From contig JBFIML010000009.1 of the NCBI GenBank assembly GCA_041611735.1, forward strand, positions 28,545 through 92,544: a stretch of 64,000 nt of DNA, written 5' to 3'. A program made the position numbers and the translations under genes. Below are positions 32,441 through 41,499 of the stretch, piece after piece. The DNA is from Myxococcota bacterium. GTDB lineage: Bacteria > Myxococcota_A > UBA9160 > PR03. How positions within the stretch are numbered: the first letter of the stretch is position 1; every line of letters begins with the position of its first letter. The notes beneath the pieces are model-generated. The model was not told the DNA's origin and searched no databases. It saw nothing but the letters and a program-made list of their open reading frames with translations.

Positions 32441-32701
32441 GTGCGACTGCTCAACGTGGGCTATGGCAATCTGATCGTGGCCACGCGGGTCATCGCCGTC
32501 GTCTCGCCCCAGTCTTCCCCCATGCGTCGCCTGCGCCGGGAGGCCAGCGAGCGGGGCAAGCTCATCGACGCCACCGAGGGGCGGCGCACCCGCTCCATCC
32601 TGGTGACGGACAGCGACCACGTGGTGCTCTCCGCCATCAACCCGGAGACGATTGCCGCCCGCCTCGCGCCGGAGGATCCCGGTCGGACGGAAGGCGCATG
32701 A
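32441..32701 (+). CDS. remA: DUF370 / RemA-like protein
   Basis: [33 protein letters not shown]; between yicC and gmk; alternative TTG start at 32357. Confidence 0.88.
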   Translation: MRLLNVGYGNLIVATRVIAVVSPQSSPMRRLRREASERGKLIDATEGRRTRSILVTDSDHVVLSAINPETIAARLAPEDPGRTEGA

Positions 32702-33354
32702 GCGGAACCCCGCGGCGCGGGCATCCCTTCGTGGTGTCGGCTCCTTCGGGCACGGGCAAGACCACCGTGTGCCGGGCCGTAGTGGAGCGCGAGCCGGGGA
32801 TCGTGTTTTCCGTCTCGCACACCACGCGTCCGCGCCGGCCCGGCGAGCGGGACGGCGTCGACTATCACTTCGTCACGGAGCGGGAGTTCCGGCGCCTGGC
32901 CGAGAAGGGGGGCTTCCTCGAGTACGCCGAGTACAGCGGCCGCCTGTACGGAACGTCCTGGGCCAGCCTGGAGCAGGCTCGCGATCGGGGCCTCGATGTC
33001 CTGCTGGAGATCGAGATCCAGGGGGCCCGCCAGGTGCGGGAGCGGCTGGCCGAGGCGACCCTCGTCTTCCTGCTGCCGCCGATGCTCGCGACCCTCGAGG
33101 AGCGGCTGCGTGCCCGCGGGACGGATGCGCCCGAGGCCATCGAGCGGCGCCTGGCCCTGGCCCGGCAGGAGCTGCGGGCGGCACGCTGGTTCGATTACTG
33201 GGTCGTGAACGACCGGCTGGAGGCGGCCGTGCAGGCGGTGCTGGACATCGTGGGTGCGGTGCGGAGCGGGGATGCGGCGGCGCTGGCCCGCTTCGGGCGC
33301 GAGCGCATGCAGGGTCGCCTGGATCCGGCCCTGGCGGAGCGCATCCGGGACTGA
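32698..33354 (+). CDS. gmk: Guanylate kinase
   Basis: [30 protein letters not shown]. Confidence 0.96.
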   Translation: MSGTPRRGHPFVVSAPSGTGKTTVCRAVVEREPGIVFSVSHTTRPRRPGERDGVDYHFVTEREFRRLAEKGGFLEYAEYSGRLYGTSWASLEQARDRGLDVLLEIEIQGARQVRERLAEATLVFLLPPMLATLEERLRARGTDAPEAIERRLALARQELRAARWFDYWVVNDRLEAAVQAVLDIVGAVRSGDAAALARFGRERMQGRLDPALAERIRD

Positions 33355-33384
33355 TTGCCACACGCGCCGGCCGTTCGGTACTCT
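33355..33384 (+). promoter_or_regulatory. Candidate sigma70 promoter for rel
   Basis: TTGCCA-18 nt-TACTCT in the gmk-rel gap. Confidence 0.55.
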
Positions 33385-33420
33385 TGCGCGGATACCACCC
33401 GCGAGAACGTCGCGCCACCC

Positions 33421-35562
33421 ATGCTCCGCTTCAACGACATCGCCGATCGGATCCTGGAGAACCATCCGGAGGCCGACCTCGGCCTCCTGCAGCGGGCCTA
33501 CGTGTTCTGCGCCAAGGTGCACGAAGGCCAGGAGCGCCTCTCGGGCGAGCCGTACCTGATCCACCCGCTCGAGGTGGGCGGCATCCTGGCCGAGATGCGG
33601 CTCGACGAGGTGACGGTCGCCGCCGGCCTGCTCCACGACACCCTCGAGGACACGCTGGCGGAGCCGGAGAAGCTGAGAGAGCTGTTTGGCGAGGAGGTGG
33701 CCTTCCTGGTGGAAGGCCTCACCAAGATCGCCAAGATCGAGTTCAGCTCAGCACGCGTCCGGCAGGCCGAGAACTTCCGCAAGATGCTGCTGGCCATGTC
33801 GAAGGACATCCGCATCCTGCTGATCAAGCTGGCAGACCGGCTCCACAACATGCGCACGCTCCAGTACATGTCCGAGGACTCCCGGCGCCGCATCGCCCAG
33901 GAGACCCAGGACATCTACGCACCCCTGGCGCACCGGCTCGGAATCGACTGGATGCGGCGGGAGCTCCAGGACCTGGCCTTCCGCACCCTGAAGCCCCAGG
34001 TGGCCGCGGACCTGGAGAAGCATCTGCGCGGACAGCGGCGGGCGCGCGAGCGCTACGTGGAGGAGGTGATCGGGATCCTCTCCGCGAAGCTCGCCGAGAC
34101 CAACCTGCGGGCGGAGGTCACCGGGCGCCTGAAGGACCTGGCCTCGATCCACGCCAAGATGGAGAACCAGGGCCTCACGCTCGACCAGATCTACGACGTG
34201 ATCGCGTTCCGGATCGTGCTGGAGGACTCGGAGGCGGCGGTCTACGCCGCGCTCGGGATCGTGCACTCCACCTGGCGGCCGGTGCCCGGGCGCTTCAAGG
34301 ACTACGTCGCGCTGCCCAAGCCAAACGGCTACCAGAGCCTCCACACCACCGTGATCGGGCCCTACGGCGAGCGCATGGAGATGCAGATCCGCACGCGCGA
34401 AATGCACCGGAACGCCGAGTTCGGCATCGCGTCCCACTGGAAGTACAAGGAGGGCGCCGGGAGTCGCGAGGAGGACGAGCACAAGTTCGCCTGGCTCCGC
34501 CAGCTCCTCGAGTGGCAGCGCGACCTGTCGGACCCCCACGAGTTCCTGGATACCGTGAAGGTCGACCTCTTCCCGGACGAAGTGTTCGTCTTCACGCCCC
34601 GGGGAGACGTGATCAACCTCCCCAAGGACGCGACCCCGGTGGACTTCGCGTACGCCATCCACACCCAGGTGGGCGAGCACTGCGCGGGAGCGCGCGTGAA
34701 CGGCAAGCTCATCTCCCTGCGCCATCGGCTGCACGACGGCGACACGGTCGAGATCCTCACCAACCCGGCCCAGTCCCCGCGCAAGGACTGGCTCGAGTTC
34801 GTGGTCTCGGGCAAGGCGCGCAGTCGCATCCGCCACGCGATCCGTGCGGCGGAGCGGGCACGCAGCTACGAGCTGGGCCGCGAGATCCTGGATCGGGAGC
34901 TGCGGCGGGCGGGCCTGTCGCTGCCCCGCTTGCTGGAGGCGGGCCGGCTCGAGGAGGTGACCCGGCGCGAGCGCTTGCGCTCCGTGGACGAGCTGTTCTC
35001 GGCAGTCGGCTACGGCCGCCTCCCGGCGGCCTCGGTGGTCGCCGCGCTGCGGCCCGAAGGGGAGGCGGCGCCCGCGCCCCCGCCCCCGCCGCGGCGAGGG
35101 CTCTTCCGCCGCGCACCGGACCGCAGCGGCATTCGCGTGGGCGGCAGCGCGGACGTGCTGGTGCGCTTCGGTGGCTGCTGCAACCCGCTGCCGGGGGAGG
35201 AGGTGGTCGGGTTCGTGACCCGCGGCCGGGGCGTCACGGTGCACGTGAAGGAATGCAGCAAAGCCTTTGCCATGGATCCGGAGCGGCGCATCGACGTGCA
35301 GTGGGAGTCGTCGACACCCGAGCCGCGCCGCATCCGCATCCGGGTGCTCTCGGTGGACGAGCCGGGGCTGCTGGCCAAGATCACCAAGTCGATCTCCACG
35401 GCGGGCATCAACATCGGCGGGGCGCGCGTCAGCACGAACGCCGACCGCCAGGCAGTGCACAGCTTCGACTTGTGGGTGAGCGACGTCCGCACGCTGAACG
35501 GGGTGATGAAGCAGATCGAGAAGGTGCGCGGTGTCCTTTCGGTGGACCGCATCCGCACCTGA
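33421..35562 (+). CDS. rel: Bifunctional (p)ppGpp synthetase/hydrolase
   Basis: SGEPYLIHP, LLHDTLED (HD intact), RFKDY, YQSLHT, TGS domain, CCNPLPG, ACT domain. Confidence 0.96.
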   Translation: MLRFNDIADRILENHPEADLGLLQRAYVFCAKVHEGQERLSGEPYLIHPLEVGGILAEMRLDEVTVAAGLLHDTLEDTLAEPEKLRELFGEEVAFLVEGLTKIAKIEFSSARVRQAENFRKMLLAMSKDIRILLIKLADRLHNMRTLQYMSEDSRRRIAQETQDIYAPLAHRLGIDWMRRELQDLAFRTLKPQVAADLEKHLRGQRRARERYVEEVIGILSAKLAETNLRAEVTGRLKDLASIHAKMENQGLTLDQIYDVIAFRIVLEDSEAAVYAALGIVHSTWRPVPGRFKDYVALPKPNGYQSLHTTVIGPYGERMEMQIRTREMHRNAEFGIASHWKYKEGAGSREEDEHKFAWLRQLLEWQRDLSDPHEFLDTVKVDLFPDEVFVFTPRGDVINLPKDATPVDFAYAIHTQVGEHCAGARVNGKLISLRHRLHDGDTVEILTNPAQSPRKDWLEFVVSGKARSRIRHAIRAAERARSYELGREILDRELRRAGLSLPRLLEAGRLEEVTRRERLRSVDELFSAVGYGRLPAASVVAALRPEGEAAPAPPPPPRRGLFRRAPDRSGIRVGGSADVLVRFGGCCNPLPGEEVVGFVTRGRGVTVHVKECSKAFAMDPERRIDVQWESSTPEPRRIRIRVLSVDEPGLLAKITKSISTAGINIGGARVSTNADRQAVHSFDLWVSDVRTLNGVMKQIEKVRGVLSVDRIRT

Positions 35563-35583
35563 GCCGTGCGGGCCGGTCGGTGT

Positions 35584-37536
35584 TCAGGCGTTCTGGAGCC
35601 CGACCAGCTCCCGATACAGACCCGGCTGCGACATCAGCTCCTCGTGCGTGCCGATGCGCGAGACGCGGCCCTCCTCCAGGAGCACGATGCGGTCGGCGCG
35701 GCGCACCGTCGAGAGCCGATGGGCGATCACGAAGACGGTGCGGCCCCGGAGCAGCGCCTCGATGGCCTCCTGCACCAGATTCTCGCTCTTGGCGTCCAGG
35801 GAGCTGGTGGCCTCGTCGAAGATCAGGATGTCCGGGTTCTTGAGGATCGCGCGGGCGATCGTCACGCGCTGGCGTTGCCCGCCCGAGAGCTGCGCGCCGC
35901 CCTCCCCCACCGGGGTGTCGTAGCCCTCGGGCAGGCGCTCGGCGAACTCGTCCACGTGGGCGGCGTGTGCCGCCGCCAGCAGCTCCGCCTCGGACGCCCC
36001 GGGCCGCCCGTAGCGGATGTTCTCGCGGATGGTTCCATCGAACAGGAAGGGCTCCTGGGTCACCACGGCCACGTGGGCCAGCAGGGAGTCGCGGGCGATG
36101 CGGTGCAGGTCCACCCCGTCCAGGGAGATCGAGCCGGTCTGAGGGTCGTGGAAGCGCAGCAGCAGGTCCACGAGGGTGGTCTTGCCCGCTCCCGTGCGCC
36201 CCACGATGGCCACCACCTCGCCGGCGCGGGCCTCCAGGGAGACGTCTCGGAGCACCGGCTCGCGTCCGTAGGAGAAGCTCACCCGGTCGAAGCGCACGGC
36301 CTCGCGCACGCCGTCCAGACGAACCGCGTCGGGGGGGTCCGGGAGCTCCACCTCCCGGTCGAGCAGCTCGAAGAAGCGCTCCGCGGCGGGCAACGAATCC
36401 TGGAGTTGCGTCCAGCCCTGGGTGAGCTCCTTGGTGGGACGGTAGGTGGTGGCCATGACGGTCACGAAGGCGGCAAGGTCGCCGGCGCTCAGGCCCCACT
36501 GCCCCTGGATCACGAGCAGCGTCCCCACGGCGAGGACGCCGACGCCCATGGCCTGGTTCAGCCCCTCCACCAGACTGCGCGAGAAGACCCGGTTGCGTAC
36601 GACCTTCATGCTGCGGCGGAAGAGCTTGCGGTTCTCGCGGCTGAAGGCGCGCTCCTCGAGGGCCTCGGCGCGGAACGCCTTGATCACCTTGATGCCCGCC
36701 AGGATCTCCACCAGGCGCTGGGTCACGTCCCCGAGCTTCTCCTGCCGGCGCATTGCCGTGCGCCGGATGCGGCGCCCGAACACGGCGATCACCCCCATCA
36801 GGAGGGGCGCCATGCCGAGCGCCAGGAGCGAGAGCTGCCAGGAGATGGCCAGCAGCACCGCGACGCCGACCACCACCGAGAGGATCGACTGGAAGATGTC
36901 GCCGAACAGCAGCCGCAACGCTCCATGGGCACGGCTCACGTCGTTGAAGGTGCGCGACAGGGCATCGCCGCGGCCCATGCTGTGGTGGACGCGCAGCGGG
37001 AGGGCGAGCAGCTTGGCGCACAGCTCCTGCTGGACGTCCACGAGGACGCGCCCGAGCACGTACTCGACCAGGTAGTCCTTGCCCAGGTGCGCGACGGGGA
37101 GCAGCAGCACCACCAGCATGCCGGCCACCACGATGGCCCAGAAGCGATCGCTCACCTCCAGGGCCGCCGCCGGCGCGGCGGGCCCGGGTTCCGAGGCCTG
37201 CGGCACGTCCGCTGCGCCGGCGCTGGCTCCGGCGGCGCCGGAGAGGCCCGGCAGCAGCTCGGGCACCGCGCGGGTGAGCAGCCGATCCAGGTCCGGGATC
37301 CCGAAGCGGGACTCGTCTCCGCCCTCCGGCGCCGGCTGGGCGAGCAGGACGTCGTCGAGCAGAGGCTTGATCAACCACGCCCGCAGGCTGCGCCCCCCGG
37401 CGTAGAGCAGCGAGAAGAGCATGGCGACCAGCACCAGGGCGAGGTAGGGACGCCCGTAGCGGGTCAGGCGCCGGAAGGGGCCGGGAGCCGACGGCCGCGA
37501 GGGGGAGGCCGGACTCGAAGGATCGGACGGCGTCAG
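35584..37536 (-). CDS. MsbA-like ABC exporter (TMD-NBD); probable CTG start overlapping the rpmB stop
   Basis: Six-TM domain, GRTGAGKTT, LSGGQRQR, DEATSSLD, IAHRLST. Confidence 0.88.
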   Translation of the reverse strand: MTPSDPSSPASPSRPSAPGPFRRLTRYGRPYLALVLVAMLFSLLYAGGRSLRAWLIKPLLDDVLLAQPAPEGGDESRFGIPDLDRLLTRAVPELLPGLSGAAGASAGAADVPQASEPGPAAPAAALEVSDRFWAIVVAGMLVVLLLPVAHLGKDYLVEYVLGRVLVDVQQELCAKLLALPLRVHHSMGRGDALSRTFNDVSRAHGALRLLFGDIFQSILSVVVGVAVLLAISWQLSLLALGMAPLLMGVIAVFGRRIRRTAMRRQEKLGDVTQRLVEILAGIKVIKAFRAEALEERAFSRENRKLFRRSMKVVRNRVFSRSLVEGLNQAMGVGVLAVGTLLVIQGQWGLSAGDLAAFVTVMATTYRPTKELTQGWTQLQDSLPAAERFFELLDREVELPDPPDAVRLDGVREAVRFDRVSFSYGREPVLRDVSLEARAGEVVAIVGRTGAGKTTLVDLLLRFHDPQTGSISLDGVDLHRIARDSLLAHVAVVTQEPFLFDGTIRENIRYGRPGASEAELLAAAHAAHVDEFAERLPEGYDTPVGEGGAQLSGGQRQRVTIARAILKNPDILIFDEATSSLDAKSENLVQEAIEALLRGRTVFVIAHRLSTVRRADRIVLLEEGRVSRIGTHEELMSQPGLYRELVGLQNA

Positions 37537-37724
37537 GCGACCTTCGTGATGCGGCCCGAGCGGATGCAACGTGTGCAGACGCGCACCCGGCGCACGGTGC
37601 CATCGATGAGGGCGCGGGTGCGTTGCAAATTGGGGCTCCAGACCCGCGCGGTCTTGCGGTTGGAGTGGCTCACGTTGTGCCCGGTGTCGGGACGCTTCCC
37701 GCAGAGGTCGCAGACCTTGGCCAT
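37533..37724 (-). CDS. rpmB: 50S ribosomal protein L28 (two CxxC, zinc-binding type)
   Basis: CDLCGK, GHNVSHS, PNLQ, VCTRC; SD AGGAGG. Confidence 0.97.
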   Translation of the reverse strand: MAKVCDLCGKRPDTGHNVSHSNRKTARVWSPNLQRTRALIDGTVRRVRVCTRCIRSGRITKVA

Positions 37725-37756
37725 GAAGGAGCCCCTCCTGACTCGAAGACCGCCAC

Positions 37757-37785
37757 CGTGTAGCCCACGGGGAAGGCGCGGGCAA
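37757..37785 (-). promoter_or_regulatory. Candidate rpmB promoter
   Basis: TTGCCC-17 nt-TACACG on the minus strand. Confidence 0.4.
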
Positions 37786-37812
37786 ACGCCGCCCGGACCC
37801 GCGGGGAGGCTG

Positions 37813-38916
37813 CTAGCCCGGCGCCCGCTGGAAGCGGAGCGTCGGCTCGCCAGGCGCGCGGCGCTCCAGGCGCCCGATCGGGTAGGCGCGCTCCCCGAGC
37901 GCCTGCAGGCGCTCGATCACGTCGGAGGTCTCCTCCGCGGGCACCACGGCGATCATCCCGATCCCGCAATTGAAGACCCGCAGCATCTCCTGCTCGGGAA
38001 TGGCGCCGTGGCGCTGCAACAAGTCGAAGATGGGGGGCTGTGGCCAGGAGCCCAGGTCGATGCACGCCCGCACCGCCTCGGGCAGCACGCGCGGGACGTT
38101 TCCGGCGAAGCCGCCCCCGGTCACGTGCACCAGGGCCTTCACCGTGAAGTCGCGGATCAGGTTGAGGACCGGGCGCACGTAGATCCGGGTGGGAGCCAGC
38201 AGCGCCGCCGCCAGGGACCCGTTCAGCTCCTCGTTCTCGGCGCGCCAGTCGAGCTTGTCGGCCGCGACCGCCCCCTCCACCACGCGACGCACCAGGGAGA
38301 AGCCGTTGCTGTGCAGCCCGGCCGAGGCGATGCCCACCAGCCGGTCGTCTTCGCTCACGCTCGAGCCGTCGATCACCCGGCTGCGTTCGACGACGCCCAC
38401 GCCGAAGCCCACCAGCTCGATCTCGCCCGGGGGATGGACACCGGGCATGGTGGCGGTCTCGCCGCCGAGCAGTGCGCAGCCCGCCCGCCGGCAGCCCTCG
38501 GCCACGCCGCGCAGCGCCTGCTCGGCGATGGCGGCGTCCAGGCGGCCCATGGCGAGGTAGTCGAGGAACACGAGCGGCTCGGCACCCTGGACCACGATGT
38601 CGTTCACCACCATGGCCACGCAGTCGATGCCGACCGTGTCGAAGCGCCCGAGCTGCGCCGCCAGCTTGAGCTTGGTCCCCACCCCGTCGGCGCTGGCGAC
38701 GAACACGGGCTCCCGGTAGCGGTCCGGAGCCTTGAAGAGCCCGGCGAAGCCCCCGATCGAGGACAGCACCTCGGGCCGGAAGGTGGTGCGGGCGATGCGG
38801 CCGATCTCGCCGATGAAGGCCTCGTCGTGATCCAGGTCCACGCCGGCCTCGGCGTAGCCCGGCGCCGAGGAGGTGGGCACCTCGGGCGCGTCGTCGGCGG
38901 AGCTGCGCCGGTTCAC
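37813..38916 (-). CDS. purM: Phosphoribosylformylglycinamidine cyclo-ligase
   Basis: YAEAGVD, IGGFAG, DGVGTK, GGETA, GLHSNGFSL, HVTGGG, FNCGIG. Confidence 0.96.
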   Translation of the reverse strand: MNRRSSADDAPEVPTSSAPGYAEAGVDLDHDEAFIGEIGRIARTTFRPEVLSSIGGFAGLFKAPDRYREPVFVASADGVGTKLKLAAQLGRFDTVGIDCVAMVVNDIVVQGAEPLVFLDYLAMGRLDAAIAEQALRGVAEGCRRAGCALLGGETATMPGVHPPGEIELVGFGVGVVERSRVIDGSSVSEDDRLVGIASAGLHSNGFSLVRRVVEGAVAADKLDWRAENEELNGSLAAALLAPTRIYVRPVLNLIRDFTVKALVHVTGGGFAGNVPRVLPEAVRACIDLGSWPQPPIFDLLQRHGAIPEQEMLRVFNCGIGMIAVVPAEETSDVIERLQALGERAYPIGRLERRAPGEPTLRFQRAPG

Positions 38917-38922
38917 GCGGCA

Positions 38923-38952
38923 TGCATACGCGACGCTGCGCCGGCCTGTCAA
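38923..38952 (-). promoter_or_regulatory. Candidate (leaderless) purM promoter
   Basis: TTGACA-18 nt-TATGCA, 6 nt before the GTG. Confidence 0.55.
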
Positions 38953-39001
38953 CGTCGGGGCGCGGCCGGTCGCTCCCGGCGCCCGTCGGGGGTCGGGCCC
39001 A

Positions 39002-39010
39002 TGCTATGGT
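39002..39010 (+). promoter_or_regulatory. Extended -10 element, probable leaderless start for the GT2 gene
   Basis: TGcTATGGT 6 nt before GTG 39017; no SD. Confidence 0.55.
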
Positions 39011-39016
39011 CCCGCA

Positions 39017-39685
39017 GTGCAAATCGCCGTGGTGATCCCCGCGCTCGACGAGTCCGGGGGGATCGCGCGGGCCGTAGCGAGCGCCCGGGAGCCTGGGGTG
39101 GACGTCGTGGTGGTCGACGGCGGCAGCCGGGACGACACCGTGGAACGGGCCCGGGTGGCCGGGGCGCGGGTGGTGGTTTCGGCGCCCGGGCGGGCTCGGC
39201 AGCTCGAGGCGGGTCGTGGCGCCACCGAGGGCGACGTTCTGCTCTTCCTGCACGCCGACAGCTGTCTCCCGCCCGGCTACGCCCAGGCGGTGCGCCGCAG
39301 CCTGGCCGATGTCCGGGTGGTGGGCGGCGCGTTCGCCCTGCGCTTCGACCGACGCACGCCCGGGCTGCGCTGGGTCGAGTGGGGGGCGTGGCTGCGGCAG
39401 GCCCTGTTCTCCCTGCCCTATGGGGACCAGGCCTTGTTCGTGCGGCGCGCGGCGCTCGAGGCCCTGGGAGGGGTGCCCCAGGTGCCCATCCTGGAGGATC
39501 TCGACCTGGTGCGGGCCATGCGCCGCGCCGGACGTCTCGCGCGGGTCCCGCTGCCCGTGGTGACGTCGGCGCGGCGCTACCGGGAACGGGGCGTCCTGCG
39601 CACCTGGCTGCGCAACACTGCAGCGCTGCTGGCCTGGCGGCTCGGCCTGGACCGCGCGCGGGTGGCCGCCTGGTACCGCCGGTGA
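39017..39685 (+). CDS. Glycosyltransferase family 2, TIGR04283-like
   Basis: VVIPALDE, VDGGSRD, GRARQ, FLHAD, PYGDQALF, LEDL, TSARRY. Confidence 0.88.
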   Translation: MQIAVVIPALDESGGIARAVASAREPGVDVVVVDGGSRDDTVERARVAGARVVVSAPGRARQLEAGRGATEGDVLLFLHADSCLPPGYAQAVRRSLADVRVVGGAFALRFDRRTPGLRWVEWGAWLRQALFSLPYGDQALFVRRAALEALGGVPQVPILEDLDLVRAMRRAGRLARVPLPVVTSARRYRERGVLRTWLRNTAALLAWRLGLDRARVAAWYRR

Positions 39686-41499
39686 GCGCTGCCGCCAGCT
39701 CGATGTCCGCTCCCGGCGAAGCGCTGCCGGCACGTCGCCAGGCGTTCCGCCGCCTGGGCGGCTACCTGCTGCGCAACCGGGGCCGCTACGCGTCGGGTGT
39801 GGTCTTCGTGCTGGCCTACGCCGCCGGCTTCGTGGTGATCCCCCTGCTGGTGGGGTACGCGATCCAGGCCCTGGAGCAGGGTCTCGCCGTCGCCGAGGTG
39901 GCGCGGCGCGGTGCGTGGCTCGCGATCGCGGCGGGATTCACCGCGGCCGTCCGCTTCCTCTCGCGCACCGGCATCTTCAATGCCGCCCGGGAGATCGAGT
40001 TCGAGCTGCGCAACGATCTCTTCGCCCACCTTCAGCGTCTCCCCCAGTCCTTCTACGCCCGCTGGCGCACCGGCGATCTGATGAGCCGCTGCGTGAACGA
40101 CATGAACTCCGTGCGACTGCTCCTGGGCCCCGGCCTGCTCGCGGTGATCCAGAACCCGCCGCTCTTCGTCGGAGTGCTCGTCGCCATGTTCGTCCTCGAC
40201 GCGCGTCTGGCCTTGCTGGTGCTGATCCCCTATCCGCTCTTCGTCGCGATCGCCCGGGCCTTCGGACGCCACATGCACGCGGCGAACGTGGGTGTCCAGG
40301 AGGGCCTCGCCGACCTGTCGAGCCAGCTCCAGGAGACCATTTCGGGCATCGCCGTGGTGAAGGCCTACGCCATGGAGCAGACCACGAGGCAGCGCTTCGA
40401 GGCCGCGAGCGACGACCTGTATCGACGCCAGCTCCGGCTCGTGCGGGTGGCCGGAGGCATGCCGGCCATCGCGACGCTGCTGCCCGCGCTGTCCATGTGG
40501 ATCGTCTTCCTGGTGGGCGGGCGTGCGGTGCTCGACGGCCGCATGCCGCTCTCCGAGTTCTTCACCTTCGCCATGTACGTCTACGGACTCACCTTCCCCA
40601 CCTTCATCCTGGGCTGGGTGTTCGCGCTCTGGCAGCGGGGCGGGGCGGCCATGCAGCGCATCGACGAGGTGCTCTCCACCGAGCCTTCCATCGCGGACCG
40701 CGGGAAGCTCGTGGCAGTCCAGCGCCTGCGAGGCGAGATCGAGTTCCGAAACCTGACCTTCCGCCATCCCGGGAGCGGCCGGCCGGCCCTGCGAGAGGTG
40801 AGCCTGCGCGTACCCGCGGGCACGGTCCTCGGCTTGGTGGGGCCGATCGGGTCCGGCAAGACGACCCTCGCCTCCCTCGTCCCGCGCCTCTACGAGGTGG
40901 AGGACGGCCGCGTCTTCCTGGACGGGATCGACGTGAACCGGATCCCGCTGCACGTGCTGCGCTCGAACATCGCCATGGTTCCCCAGGACGCGTTCCTCTT
41001 CTCGCTCACATTGGCCGAGAACGTGGCCTACGGCCTGCCGGATCTGGACCTGCCAAAGGTGTACGAGGCCGCGCAGCGGGCCCAGCTCGCCAAGGACGTG
41101 GGCGAGCTGCCCCGCGGCTGGGACACCCTGGTGGGCGAGCGCGGCGTGATGCTCTCGGGCGGGCAGCGCCAGCGCACGGCGCTGGCCCGGGCCCTGGCCC
41201 TGCGCCCGTCGATCCTGATCCTCGACGACACGCTCTCGAGCGTGGACGCCGAGACCGAGGCGGCGATCCGCCGCGAGCTCGAGAGCGTCTTCCGCGGCCG
41301 GACGGTCGTCGTGATCGCACACCGGGTCGCCAGCGTGCGCGACGCGGACCAGATCCTGGTGCTCGACGAAGGCCGCATCGTGGAGCGTGGCCGCCACCAG
41401 GAGCTGGTGGCGGCCGACGGGCTCTACGCGCGTCTGGCGCGAGATCAGGCTCTCGAAGAGGAGCTGGAGGAGCTGGGCGCCGCCGGAGGCCGGTCGTGA
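39682..41499 (+). CDS. Heterodimeric ABC exporter subunit A (MdlA-like)
   Basis: TGDLMSR, GPIGSGKTT, LSGGQRQR, degenerate Walker B ILDD; start GTG 39682 or ATG 39703. Confidence 0.9.
   Translation: MSAAASSMSAPGEALPARRQAFRRLGGYLLRNRGRYASGVVFVLAYAAGFVVIPLLVGYAIQALEQGLAVAEVARRGAWLAIAAGFTAAVRFLSRTGIFNAAREIEFELRNDLFAHLQRLPQSFYARWRTGDLMSRCVNDMNSVRLLLGPGLLAVIQNPPLFVGVLVAMFVLDARLALLVLIPYPLFVAIARAFGRHMHAANVGVQEGLADLSSQLQETISGIAVVKAYAMEQTTRQRFEAASDDLYRRQLRLVRVAGGMPAIATLLPALSMWIVFLVGGRAVLDGRMPLSEFFTFAMYVYGLTFPTFILGWVFALWQRGGAAMQRIDEVLSTEPSIADRGKLVAVQRLRGEIEFRNLTFRHPGSGRPALREVSLRVPAGTVLGLVGPIGSGKTTLASLVPRLYEVEDGRVFLDGIDVNRIPLHVLRSNIAMVPQDAFLFSLTLAENVAYGLPDLDLPKVYEAAQRAQLAKDVGELPRGWDTLVGERGVMLSGGQRQRTALARALALRPSILILDDTLSSVDAETEAAIRRELESVFRGRTVVVIAHRVASVRDADQILVLDEGRIVERGRHQELVAADGLYARLARDQALEEELEELGAAGGRS

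Noticed and set aside
37537..37785. Exporter frame open across all of rpmB from a TTG at 37785
   Set aside because: That TTG is part of the candidate -35 box and the peptide looks non-coding
35566..39681. 5' part of the 1977-aa + strand ORF
   Set aside because: Antisense shadow of the exporter, rpmB and purM; only 39682-41499 is a real gene
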